Below, in pieces: positions 1 through 10,511 of a stretch of 20,000 bases of DNA (its first letter is position 1; each line of letters starts with the position of its first letter). Under the pieces are notes generated by a model. That model had not been told where the DNA came from and did not search any database. It saw nothing but the letters and a program-made list of their open reading frames with translations. The translations under genes were made by a program, and so were the position numbers. Origin of the DNA: Spirogloea muscicola (Eukaryota); contig WELB01000023.1 in NCBI GenBank assembly GCA_009602725.1, forward strand, positions 171,340-191,339. The letters run 5' to 3'.

Positions 1-14
1 TTACTGTACTGCAG

Positions 15-1032
15 GACCTGGGGGTAAAAATTATTGGCTACTCGCCACTAGCGACGGGGCTACTCACGGACAAGGCCCTGAAGCGCCGTGACAATGAAGC
101 TCTGAAGGTGATGCTTCAGTCACGAGTTGCTAAGTATGATGGATGCTGAAATAATCATATTGACATTCGTTGTCTTACAGCATGTTCAGGAAAAGCCATG
201 AGCTTTGTGTTGAGGTTGTCGTAATCAGGTCGTTTCACTCTATCATGCACCACTAGTCAAAGGCTGGTCAAAGCTTGAACTTAAGCACCTTCTAGCTTGG
301 AGATGCATGGACATGCTCATCTAAAGTGGTGCAACTCTGTTGAACATGATGATACAGGCTCAGCCATTGCTGAAGCTTATGGCCTCAGTTGGGAGTCAGC
401 ATGGAGGAAAGTCAGTTACTCAGGTACTCAGCGTTGTTGAGAGCTAATCTCCATTTGCAAGTCTGTTCACCTTGCCCATCTTCTCCTACATTGTTCCGCA
501 AAGCGTAAAGTGAGTGCACTTCATGCACTAAGTTAAGCTGGACACTGCATCCTGATTGACAGGTAGCTTTGAACTACGCTGTCTGCAAAGGGGTCATCCC
601 AATATCAGGGTTTGCACATCTTCCAACCCTTTTTATTGCAGGACCTGCACTTGACGCACTTGCCTGCCTTAATGTCATAGTGGCAATATCAACACTGTTA
701 CTAGCAAGATGTTGCAAAGTTTTCCAGTGACAGCACCCGCATTGCCCTTTTTTGTGAAGGTGCAAGAGTATTGAGCATGCTAGGTCTCACGTCGGCGTCC
801 TTGACTGGCAACTCGATGCTGATGAGAGTGAGCTTGGACACAAGCCAAATCGCTTTCCTTCATCATCACTCTCACTGTTCCAGATGAACTGTTGAAGCAG
901 GGATTGCTTTACTTGTTGCATGGTCACTTCACATCATTTTACTGACCCACACGCAGAGCAGATAATTGTTAACAGGAGCCCTTGCTCGTGGGTGCAGTTG
1001 CGTCTCTCGAAGGCAAGGCGAGGTCGCTTTGA
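15..1032 (+). CDS. Aldo/keto reductase family protein (pyridoxal reductase/AKR-like), 3' exons only; 5' end lies outside the window
   Basis: GT-AG exons 15-107, 358-423, 563-609, 760-827 and 998-1032 splice in frame to DLGVKIIGYSPLATGLLTDKALKRRDNEALK-AQPLLKLMASVGSQHGGKSVTQ-VALNYAVCKGVIPISG-CKSIEHARSHVGVLDWQLDADE-IASLEGKARSL*. This matches AKR C-terminal motifs (YSPLxxGxLT, QVALNW/Y, VIPIPG, WxLxxxE). Confidence 0.85.
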
Positions 1033-1564
1033 CATGTAGCACTTATTCTGCACATTACCAGGAGCTCCTACACCAGTACTGCTTCTGGGCAAGCCCAGAA
1101 TCTTTACTCGCAAATTTAAGGAGTGCAGACATGCCTTCTTTCAAGGGTGCAGCAGAGGTCTCTAGGTGGGATCTAGCTTGATGAAGCAAGCGCAACAGGC
1201 ATATATAACAGCCAACGAAAAACGACTAGTTGAGATTCTTTGGTTAGCTGATTTTGAAGGAAAGTCCTGCCCACCATCGGCGTTGGCTCTGCCTCGCGCC
1301 TCTCAGCTCCAAGATGGAGAATCTTGTGTTGAGTGTATGCACCGGTGGGATATGAGTGGCCAGCCAGAAAAGCATGTACATGATTCGAAGGGGGCCAGAA
1401 AAGCGCTAAAGGGCACTGCGACTCAAGTGCTCACAAATGTGAGAAGCTAGCCCGGGGAAAGGGATGAGCATCTCATATTGATCTCTCATGTTTGGCAAGT
1501 AGCAGCCGAGAAAAACCACAAGGAGAAAGCCGTCTTAGCACTTAGTCCCTTGCTTTCTGCTCCA

Positions 1565-2240
1565 TCCGGCTCCTTCAAACTTTGTCCATTCCTTTGGGCT
1601 GGCCTCTCACAGCCATCAGTCAATCTGGCCGCGCTTACTCTCAAAGAAAGCAAGAAGCCAGCCCTATCTTCGATGGGTGAGCCCTTCTTGAAGAGAGAGA
1701 GAGAAGGCACGCGGGGCGCATGAAATGAAAGGGAGGCCAATGCAAGCCAACACATTGTTCAGGCAGAGTCTAGTGCAAAGTAAGCAAGGCTAAATAATAC
1801 GGAGACCTGAACTAAGGTGCCTAAGGTGACGTTAACACCCACGGGTGAGCACGAACAAATCTGACACAAGCTGACTTGGGGAGCTGGAGCGCCGCCACGA
1901 AAGCCGGAGGCCTGACTTAGAGTGCGCCCTTCAAGAAGAAAGGGGGGCTCGCCCATTGAGGATATGGGCTGGAACAGCCAGCCCAAAAAAGGAATGAACA
2001 AAGTACCAGAAGGGGCTAGGCGAAGCACTAAGGAAGACGAGCACAAAAAGAAACAAAGCAGCTACGAATCACTCAGTAACCCCTGCTAAGCAGCCTCGGG
2101 TTGGAGATGCTAGGCTGCTGGAAGTGGGTCCCCTGGCCAGAGCCAAGAAGGTGAGAGAAGGGCTCGCCCATTGAGGATAGGGGCTGGAAAAGCCAGCCCA
2201 AAAAAGATTGAACAAAGTACGAGAAGCCAAGAAGCCAGCC
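1565..2240. repeat. Cluster of dispersed ~46-bp hairpin-element copies upstream of ATG18
   Basis: Copies at 1945-1990 and 2160-2205 (GGGCTCGCCCATTGAGGATA(T/G)GGGCTGGAA(C/A)AGCCAGCCCAAAAAA), an inverted partial copy at 1658-1684 and a diverged variant at 1593-1636. Homologous copies lie at 9440-9485 and 15071-15549. Confidence 0.85.
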
Positions 2241-2385
2241 CCCGCCCCGCCACCTCCGCCCGTAAGCGAGGGTCGAGACACACTGCGAGCAGCGGCTCAA
2301 GCAGCGGGCCCGGACGAACACGGGGCGGCTGTTCGGGCGGCTACTGCGGTTAGCTGGCCGAAAGGGGGGGGGGGGGGGGGGGGGG

Positions 2386-2547
2386 NNNNNNNNNNNNNNN
2401 NNNNNNNNNNNNNNNNNNNNNNNNNNNNNNNNNNNNNNNNNNNNNNNNNNNNNNNNNNNNNNNNNNNNNNNNNNNNNNNNNNNNNNNNNNNNNNNNNNNN
2501 NNNNNNNNNNNNNNNNNNNNNNNNNNNNNNNNNNNNNNNNNNNNNNN
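2386..2547. other. Assembly gap (N run) next to a poly-G tract; may hide the ATG18 start codon
   Basis: Run of n characters, preceded by G x22 (2364-2385). Confidence 0.99.
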
Positions 2548-5046
2548 CGCAGCCGCCGCCCCCGCCGCCGCCCCTCCAGGGCGCGGAGCCGCAGGACGAG
2601 CCGGCGCCCGCCCAGCGGCTTCACCTCTCCGGCGAGGCCGCCGAGGAGGACGCTCTGGCGCCGCCGCCGGAGCAGCTAGCGGAAGCGGCGGAGGACGACA
2701 TGGCGGGCCCTCCGCAAGCGGGCGAGCAGCAGCCGCAGCAGCAGCCGCAGCCGCAGCCGCAGCAACAAGAGCAGCCGGAGGAGCTTGACCAGGCGCACCA
2801 GGCCGAGAGCGAGCACGAGCACCAGGAGTTGCTCAAGGTCGGCGCCGCCGCTGGCCCGACGACGGAGCTGCTGTCCGTGGGGTTCAACCAGGACCATGGC
2901 TGCTTCGCGTGCGGCACCAGCTCGGGCTTCCGCATCTACAACTGCGAGCCCGTGAAGGAGACCTTCCGGCGCGAGTTCCCGAGCAACGGCGGCATCGCGC
3001 TCGTCGAGATGCTCTTCCGGTGCAACATCCTCGCCATAGTCGGCGGCGGGGAGTCGCCACGGTACCCTCCCAATAAGGTGCGACCAAGCTGCTCCGCAGT
3101 CTGTTGGCAAGGCGTTCCCACCCTATTGCCAACAATATAGATATACATTATGTGTATATATTATTGAAATATAGTATAAAGCAGAGGAGCGATATGAAAG
3201 CTGTGCTGTATTTTTCAGGTGATGATTTGGGACGACCACCAGAGCCGCTGCATAGGCGAGCTCAGCTTCCGGAGCGAGGTCCGGGCGGTGCGGCTGCGGC
3301 GCGACCGCATCGTCGTCGTGCTGGAGCACAAGATATATGTCTACAACTTTGCCGACCTCAAGCTCCTGCACCAGATTGAGACCATCGCTAACTCCAAAGG
3401 GCTCTGTGCACTCTCGCCTGCCACGAGTAGCACCGTGCTCGCCTGCCCAGGCCTGCACAAGGGACAGGTCTTCCTCTACTCCTCACAAGGGCGTTGTCCA
3501 TGGATCTGCGCTTGGCTGCGTCTTGTTCTGCTTGGCCAATAACTCACTTGTTCTCCCAAAAACCGTGGGTACATGTGGCTGAATGGACTGACGAGAGCTC
3601 CTGAGCACTGTCATATATCCTGGCTCGGAGTTCCTTCAGTGAGTGGACATTCAATTTGATTGCTTCCTTGTTTGCGACGTCATTTGCAGCTAAGGGTGGA
3701 GCTCTACGACACCAAGAAGACGCGTTTCATCTCCGCTCACGACTCAGCACTGGCGTGCTTTGCACTGACTCTCGATGGCAGCCGGCTGGCGACCGCGAGC
3801 GTCAAGGGGACGCTCATTCGGGTGTTTGACACAGCCAATGGCACCAAGCTGCAGGAGGTTGTGCACCTCTCCTCCTTTCTTCATGAGCTGCCTACGTGCA
3901 ACAACACGTTGACGTTGTCCCTCTCCACGTCGTCGCTCAACAGAACCCTCACTTGTATTATGCTGGATGGCAGTTGCGCCGTGGAGCGGACCGTGCGGAG
4001 ATCTACAGTCTCTCCTTCTCCCCAACTGCACAGTGGCTTGCACTGTCCAGTGACAAGGGCACAGTGCACGTGTTTGCGCTGAAGAGCGGGCCGGAGGATG
4101 CAGCTCAGGGCCGCCATGGCGACAGCCAGGGTGGGGCGGGCGCGTCGCCCTCGGGCGGGCACAAGAGCGACATGGGCTTTGGAGGCGGCTCGCCAGGTGG
4201 CTCGCCGTTGTCGCCTGGCGGCAATCCTGGTTCCACCTTCTCATTCCTCAAAGGTCATCACGTGGACTTTTGCTCTCCTTGCAAGAAGTCAAAATCTGAA
4301 GAGTCCAGGGCACTATGTTCTTGGCTGCAGGAAGTGAATTATCAGACGGTGGAGCTCCATAAACATTGTCTCTCACAATCAGGCAGCTGTGCTCTTGGCC
4401 TGCTCTCTTGCAGAGTGCAACTTTCTAACCTACTCTCTACCTGTGGTACTTCCAGGAGTCCTTCCCAAGTACTTCAGCTCCGAGTGGTCTTTTGCTCAAT
4501 ACCGGCTCTCAGAAGAGACCAAGTCAATTGTAGCATTCGGGCCCCAGAAGCACACCCTCATCATTGTTGGCATTGACGGAAGGTATTTAGCCTCGCCCGA
4601 TCTCATCACGCCCTGTAGTCCTCTCCCCTTTAGCTGCCATGTCAATCAACACTCTAGCATGTTGTCTTTACTGCCTAATAGATGGCTAGCTATTGCTTGC
4701 ACATACATTTGGAGCCTCTTCCAAATCCCAAAGGTGCAAGTAACAGATGCTCGGTACTGATTGACCAGCGCATGTCTTGTCTTTGCAACTTGAGTACTTC
4801 TGTAATCTGTGTGCGATACCAGCTTGGCCTGTGCAGTGTCGAGCATGCCTTCTCTTTGCCTTGTTTTATGTATCTGCTCCAGTTGCACATTGCCCTGAGA
4901 AGCAGGAACATGCTCTGAGCATGAATACAAGTGTACTGTGCAGCTTCTACAAGTGCTCTTTCGACCCCATCAACGGCGGCGAGATGGTGCAGGAGGAGGT
5001 CTACAAGTTCATGAAGCCTGATGACGACATGGACGAGGGCCCATAG
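2548..5046 (+). CDS. ATG18: Autophagy-related protein 18 (ATG18a-like WD40 PROPPIN); start in the gap or at ATG 2700
   Basis: Exons <2548-3077, 3219-3467, 3690-3857, 3974-4253, 4456-4582 and 4944-5046, all GT-AG and in frame. Motifs: [70 protein letters not shown], the phosphoinositide-binding [41 protein letters not shown]. Confidence 0.95.
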
Positions 5047-6229
5047 AGCTGAAGCTCTCTGCAGCTCCTCTTTCCTGCACAAAGTTGTCTTTCCCCATCC
5101 ATCCTGTGCCAGCATTCCACATATACGCCCATCACTATCTTGTTGCTTGTCATATTCTGACTCGATGAACAATTTTCAGGGCAGCTTCAAATCCTGAGGA
5201 AAATCGTTAGCTGGCAGCATGTCTTTTCTTCGCCCACACTGCTTGTGCGATGAAGAGTCCAGCCACTCTGACAGTAGCACTTCTGGCAATTCCTCCCCCC
5301 AATTCCCCCCCCCCCCCCCCGCTCTCCCCTCCCTTTCCCTGCCAGCCTCCCCCCTTTGTATGCCAGAGCTAGTTGTATTCCAGAGCTAGTGAGCGCCCTC
5401 CCTGCCCTGTGCCCCTCTACCCATATGCAAAGAGCTTCCACCTCTTTTTGGGCTGGGAGATTCTTCACTGGTTTGGCCTGCATGCATGCTCCGGGCTTGC
5501 GAGCAGGGAGCTCAAGCTAGGCTTGATGTTGCACAGCCAGGTCCCATTGGTCTTTCCAAGGGGGCAAACATATATGGCGCTTCTGTACATACTTGTGCGA
5601 AGAAAACTCTCAATGAAACCTTGTCCCCAGCAGGCTCATCCTGTCCAGCAAGAATTGGTGGCTGTATTGGGGTGGGTGTAGGGTGTCATTTACGACTGTA
5701 CTGCAAGGCGAGCGATTTAGCATGATGAAGACCTCTGGCCTGGTATGACCACCATGGGATGGTAAAGGGTGCCAAGACTGGTTGTCCACATTGTTGCCTG
5801 ATATCCTTACACCACATCAGTCGGCAGACCAAGAAGCTCTCTCTTTGATAATGTGATTGTGACACCTGATCAAGGTACTTATATGTGACGATAAAAAGAT
5901 GCCGCAGTCTTCACCTATTACAACCTCTTGTCAATAAGGTACCTATTACCTTACGCCAGTGGGCTGAACAGCAGGGGGATTGCCGCATGCAGAATATAAA
6001 TTGGACTATATAGCTATGCAGCATAGTCAATGCTTGCCTCACAAGCTGCTAAACTGCATGCGCAGCAGCCACAGGGCCAGTGGCTGCCACTTGCTCCATC
6101 CCCTTGGGGGCTGAAGGCACAAGCCAATGCAGCAGTAAGGTAGAAGTGGCAGCTTCACACTAGCAGTGAAGCCGCACTGTGTAGGAAGGACAGAAGGTTG
6201 CACTGCTGCAGGCATCTGCAATGGAGCAA

Positions 6230-9106
6230 CTATGGTGGTGCGATGATAACAATGGGGGGTGGAGGAGGAGGTGGGGGCGGAGGAGGCGAGGGNNNNNNNN
6301 NNNNNNNNNNNNNNNNNNNNNNNNNNNNNNNNNNNNNNNNNNNNNNNNNNNNNNNNNNNNNNNNNNNNNNNNNNNNNNNNNNNNNNNNNNNNNNNNNNNN
6401 NNNNNNNNNNNNNNNNNNNNNNNNNNNNNNNNNNNNNNNNNNNNNNNNNNNNNNNNNNNNNNNNNNNNNNNNNNNNNNNNNNNNNNNNNNNNNNNNNNNN
6501 NNNNNNNNNNNNNNNNNNNNNNNNNNNNNNNNNNNNNNNNNNNNNNNNNNNNNNNNNNNNNNNNNNNNNNNNNNGCGGCGGTCGTGGAGGCGGCCGCCGT
6601 GGCGGGGATGGCGGCGGCGGCCGTGGCGGCGCCGGGGACTTCTTGGGTGGCGGCGGCGACCGGTGCTTCGGGGGCGGCGGTGGCGGCGGGCTGTGCAGTG
6701 GCGGCCGCGGCCCCGGAGGAAGGTACACCTTGGGCGGCGGCTTGAGCCACTTGGAGGCGCCGACCCAGCCGAGCGTCATGAAGCGCGCCGCGGAGGCCGC
6801 CGAGAGCTGCCGCGACCACGGCACGCGGCCGAACGTGCTTGCGCCCGGGCCCGCATTGTCGTACTCGGCGAAGAAGGTGTGCGTCGGCCGCACGAGGCCG
6901 ATGGTCGTCCACGCGGCTGGCGCGAGCAGCCCCGACTGGATGTTCACCCGCGCGAACACGGTGAGCGCAAACGGGCCCCAGGCGCGGCCCAGATACGCTG
7001 CACGCATTGGCGTGGCTGCACAAAAGGTATCCACATTGTCAGAGCAACGCCTCTGCTTTGCGCAAGTTGATTCGTGCGAGCTGTGTGACACCCCTGATTG
7101 CAGAAGCAACTTGTTTCCTTGTCTCGGCGAACTCAAGGACAATATACCCTACCAAAGATGCAGAAGAAGTTGCACGCTGGGGCAAGCAGTGGCAAGTAGT
7201 GTGACAACGGTCGTGCACCACAGCCTAAGCAGCTCAAGCTGTGCACACCATTGGCCTGATAGAGACCAACTCCAGGCTAGCCGGCCACACCTGACTGGAG
7301 ATGGCCGCCCAGGAAGACAAAGCCTGTGTTGTCAGCGACACTCTTCTTCGACTGCGCCGTGAAGCTGCCGCCAAAGCCGCCGCCAGGGTTGATCAAGTTC
7401 AGCGTGCAGTCCTGAAAGAGCACCCGGCCATCGCCAAAGACAAAGTCCACCGTGCCCTGGATGAAGCAGTTGCTGTAGTACTGCATGCCGCGGTGAGCGT
7501 ACAGTGTGTCCTGGACGCAAAATCCGCACCGAGAATGCAGAATATAAGGCATTGAGTAACACGTGAGCCAGCCAGAAGAGCAGCTGCAGCACGCCAGCTC
7601 TCTGGCCATATTCGTCTACTCTCGTTATGTTCAACTGTTGCAGCTCTGAAGACGTGTATGAGCAAGCTGCACATCAAAGTTGGGGTTGCTGTGCACCTGG
7701 AACCCAAGCATCTGACAGTCGTAGAAGGCTGCAAAGTTGCCCGTGACCTGCGCAGTCACAGCAAAGTGCAGGCAGACTTCAGAAAAACTTCGCTGTGTGC
7801 AAGTCGCAGCGTGTATATAAGTATGTCAGCACTCTCAGCACTACTTGACCCAAACCCGGCTTCCTCCTGTTTGCCACTATGCACTTCCTGCTCAACCAGC
7901 TGGTTGTGCACGTAGTCGGAAATGTGCAGAGCTTGTTCTTGCCACCCCGACTGCAGCTCTGCCTCTGCCAATAGCAGCAGGCAGGTTTGCATGCCACTAA
8001 CTTTGCTGTTATATATGTGGAGCTTATCTCATCGTGCTTAATCGGCGGTGACATCCATATTTGCGAGGTGTCCACCATCAGCGCTATGGAGTAGGCAAGT
8101 CTGAGCGAGCGCAGGACTCTCTCTCACCTGCAGCGCCACCGCCTGCATGTTGGTGGTGCCAGGGCGGGCACGAACGGTATTCTGGAATGTGATGCCATAT
8201 GCCGTGAAGTGCAGGCCATTGACAAGGAACGTGGAGGAACCCGACGTCCCGATGGGCCGGCCATTGGGTCCCTTCTGCCCGGCAAAGTGGGAGGCCTGGC
8301 CGCCAGCACAAGACATATGGAGCGCGGAATCATGACATGCGGGGCGTGGCCTCGGCGAGAGCCCAGCGAGCGCGATCGACCACATGACAACCACATGAAC
8401 GCACTCAGGTAAACGTCAAGGAGCCACATTTCTCAGCGACGTCACGAAGTGCTGCGTCAGTGAGTACCTGTATGATGGTCTTCCCGGGGACGCCGACAAG
8501 GTTGACATACCACGTCTTCTTCGGCACGATGACCGTCTCCCTGTACAGACCAGCCTGTGCGACAGCGCACGCGCGCAGTGGCGAGCAGGCGTCACACGCC
8601 ACAGATTCAGCGGCTCTGCCACCAAGCTTCTGCTCACTCGCTCAACGAGGCTCAGGGAATGGCGCTGTTCCGAAGCTGGTAGCACTAGAATCATGGCGAG
8701 ACTCTGGGGCCACGAGCTCGCCCTCAAGGGAAGGAGGGAGAGCGCCTCAGCCAGTAGACTCAGGACAAGCCGTCGCCGTCGGCCCAGCGAGTGGGCGCGC
8801 TCTGCTCGCAGCGGCGGCGGCGCTGACCTTCACGTGGATGATGAACGGGCGGCCCAGGTACTGCGGCACGAGGTTGATGGCGTCCTGGACGCGCCGGACG
8901 TCGCCGGAGCCGTCCTGGGCGACGACCAGGTTGGGCACCACGTATCCCGGCGGCACGGCGGCTGCCGCCACCGGGAAGCTCCACAGCGCGGGCAGTGCTG
9001 CAGTGGCGGCGTACAGGAGGAGGGCTGCCAGCCAAGCCGGCGCCGGCTGCGAGGCCCTGAGACGGCCGGGCGCCCGCGGCCGCGGCCGCGGGCGCTGCCG
9101 GGTCAT
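6230..9106 (-). CDS. Pectin methylesterase (CE8, no PMEI pro-domain) with a C-terminal Ser-Pro(n) extensin-like tail (PME-1)
   Basis: Exons 9106-8828, 8554-8468, 8295-8128, 7747-7697, 7510-7291 and 7015(or 6997)-6230 across the N gap. Hydrophobic N-terminal segment, then VAQDGSGD, GLYRETV, QAVAL, QDTLY, DFVFG, LGRAW, FAEYDNAGPGA and RVPWS. Tail reads HSPPPPPPPKHRSPPPPKKSP...; after the gap SPPPPPPPPPPPIVIIAPP* (stop 6232-6230). Frame across the gap is inferred. Confidence 0.92.
6293..6574. other. Assembly gap within the poly-proline-coding tail of PME-1
   Basis: Run of n characters flanked on both sides by Pro codons on the minus strand. Confidence 0.99.
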
Positions 9107-9420
9107 CGCCGGGGCTTCGGCGTACCCAGCAACGTACGTGTCTGACGAGCTGAGCCTGGGCCGGTGAGCTAAGTCGGGCCCAAGCTCGGCGCGTGCTGAC
9201 CCATGGGGGAAGTTTGATGGGGTCACAAGGCTGCTACGGTGGCAGCTGATGCAGGTCCTTGGTGGGGGAAGGGTTCAGAGAGTGGGCGAGCGGGGACCGA
9301 GGCGGGGGAGCTCGCAGGCCCGACTTAGCCTGCTGGGCAGCGAGGCGGGGGCGGCGCGGTTGCGAAGGTGGTCAGCGCGCCATGTTGGGCGCCTCTTGGA
9401 GGGGGGAAAGGGAGATAGGG

Positions 9421-9555
9421 GGGGGTTGGGGCTGGCTTCTTTTTTGGGCTGGCTTGTCCAGCCCCTATCCTCAATGGGCGAGCCCTTTCTTTCATCTTTC
9501 TTCTTTCTTTTTGCCTCCCTTTCAATTCATGCGCCCCGCGCGCCTTCTCTCTCTT
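9421..9555. repeat. Copy of the 46-bp hairpin element (9440-9485) plus a second ~42-bp module (9513-9555)
   Basis: The reverse complement of 9440-9485 matches 2160-2205 at 45/46 positions. The reverse complement of 9513-9555 matches ~1696-1737 with about 2 mismatches. Confidence 0.9.
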
Positions 9556-9577
9556 TGGGGGGGAGATAGAGGGTGGC

Positions 9578-9580
<3 letters not shown>

Positions 9581-9674
<94 letters not shown>

Positions 9675-9702
9675 GAGAAAGCTCGAGAGAGAGAGAGAGA
9701 GA
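9581..9702. repeat. (AG)n microsatellite (~45 perfect units at 9581-9670, a shorter run at ~9686-9702)
   Basis: Directly visible dinucleotide repeat in the divergent PME-1/caleosin intergenic region. Confidence 0.98.
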
Positions 9703-10078
9703 GCGGTGGGGTGCGTGGGCGGGAGTGTGGCGATGCCGGGAGAGAGGGGGGGGGGGGTGTGGGGTTTGAGCGGCGGGGCGGGAGAGAGAGGGGGAGGCGG
9801 CGGCCAGAGGCGCCGGCGGCGGTCGGGTGGGCCAGCCACGCGAGGCCCGGGCCAGCCCCGTCCCGCTCGCGGCCGCCACCAAGCGCAATCCACGATCTCG
9901 TTGGCACAGCACCGTCGGCTTTCCCGAAGGGTGCAATGGCCTGCCTAAGTGCCCCGGGCCGTGAGCGCACTGAACCAAAGATTCCGTCAACATAAGCCGG
10001 TTTCCGAGTTCTCGGCCGCGCGCCATCTCCAGGCGCGTCAGTCCCGGGCCCGCGCCGCGTTTGCAAGCAATCCGGTGG

Positions 10079-10267
10079 TCCAACGGTCAACGGGCTGGCC
10101 CGCCGGGTCATCCTCTACGGGGCGATGCGCTTGTCGGGCGAATCCGTTGGGCTCGACGGGACTCGGGACGCCTCAGGTACTGCAGAGGACCGGTGACTCG
10201 GGCCCCGCTGCCATCAGTAGGCCAAAGCAGTCAAATGCAGCCGTGAGATGTAAGTGATCCAACGGGC
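10079..10267. promoter_or_regulatory. Cluster of MSA-like (MYB3R-binding) YCYAACGG motifs
   Basis: TCCAACGGTC 10079-10088, an extra AACGG at 10089-10093, CCCAACGGAT on the minus strand at 10142-10151, and TCCAACGGGC 10258-10267. The plant MSA consensus is YCYAACGGYY. Confidence 0.45.
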
Positions 10268-10511
10268 TATGCGTAGCTCATTGAACACCGTCGATCATCA
10301 ACATTTGCATCGGACGGCTCGTCGCGCGCATGGCATGTTGGGCCCCGGTCCTCCCCCCCATGCATGCTCGCTGCGAGAGCCTGCAGCCGCCGCCGCCGCC
10401 ACCGCCGCCATCGCCAGCCGCAGCGGTGCGACGAGCGCCGGCGGCTAGCTCCGCCTCGAGGCCCCTCAGGCCCGAGCCTGCGGGCGGGCAGGACCTGCCT
10501 GCCTTTCTCCC

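Noticed and set aside
1033..1560. Short ORFs downstream of the AKR stop (also 5187-6030, 12553-13435, 15994-16738)
   Set aside because: No recognisable motifs or consistent exon chains; most likely 3' UTR or intergenic sequence.
1945..2223. Two direct repeats with a spacer, superficially CRISPR-like
   Set aside because: Eukaryotic context, only two copies about 215 bp apart, other copies dispersed and inverted, and no cas genes.
3134..3180. Very AT-rich patch in ATG18 intron 1
   Set aside because: Short low-complexity intronic stretch with no terminal repeats or second copy.
3974..3985. LRRG instead of FRRG in ATG18
   Set aside because: L/V-RRG is normal for plant ATG18a-type and WIPI3/4-type PROPPINs.
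6198..7362. Gly-rich plus-strand ORFs (also 16769-17233)
   Set aside because: These are antisense shadows of the poly-proline tails of the minus-strand PME genes.
9249..10257. Long ORFs with ERERER / SLSLSL runs
   Set aside because: They are translations of the (AG)n microsatellite and GC-rich promoter DNA, with no domain-like sequence.
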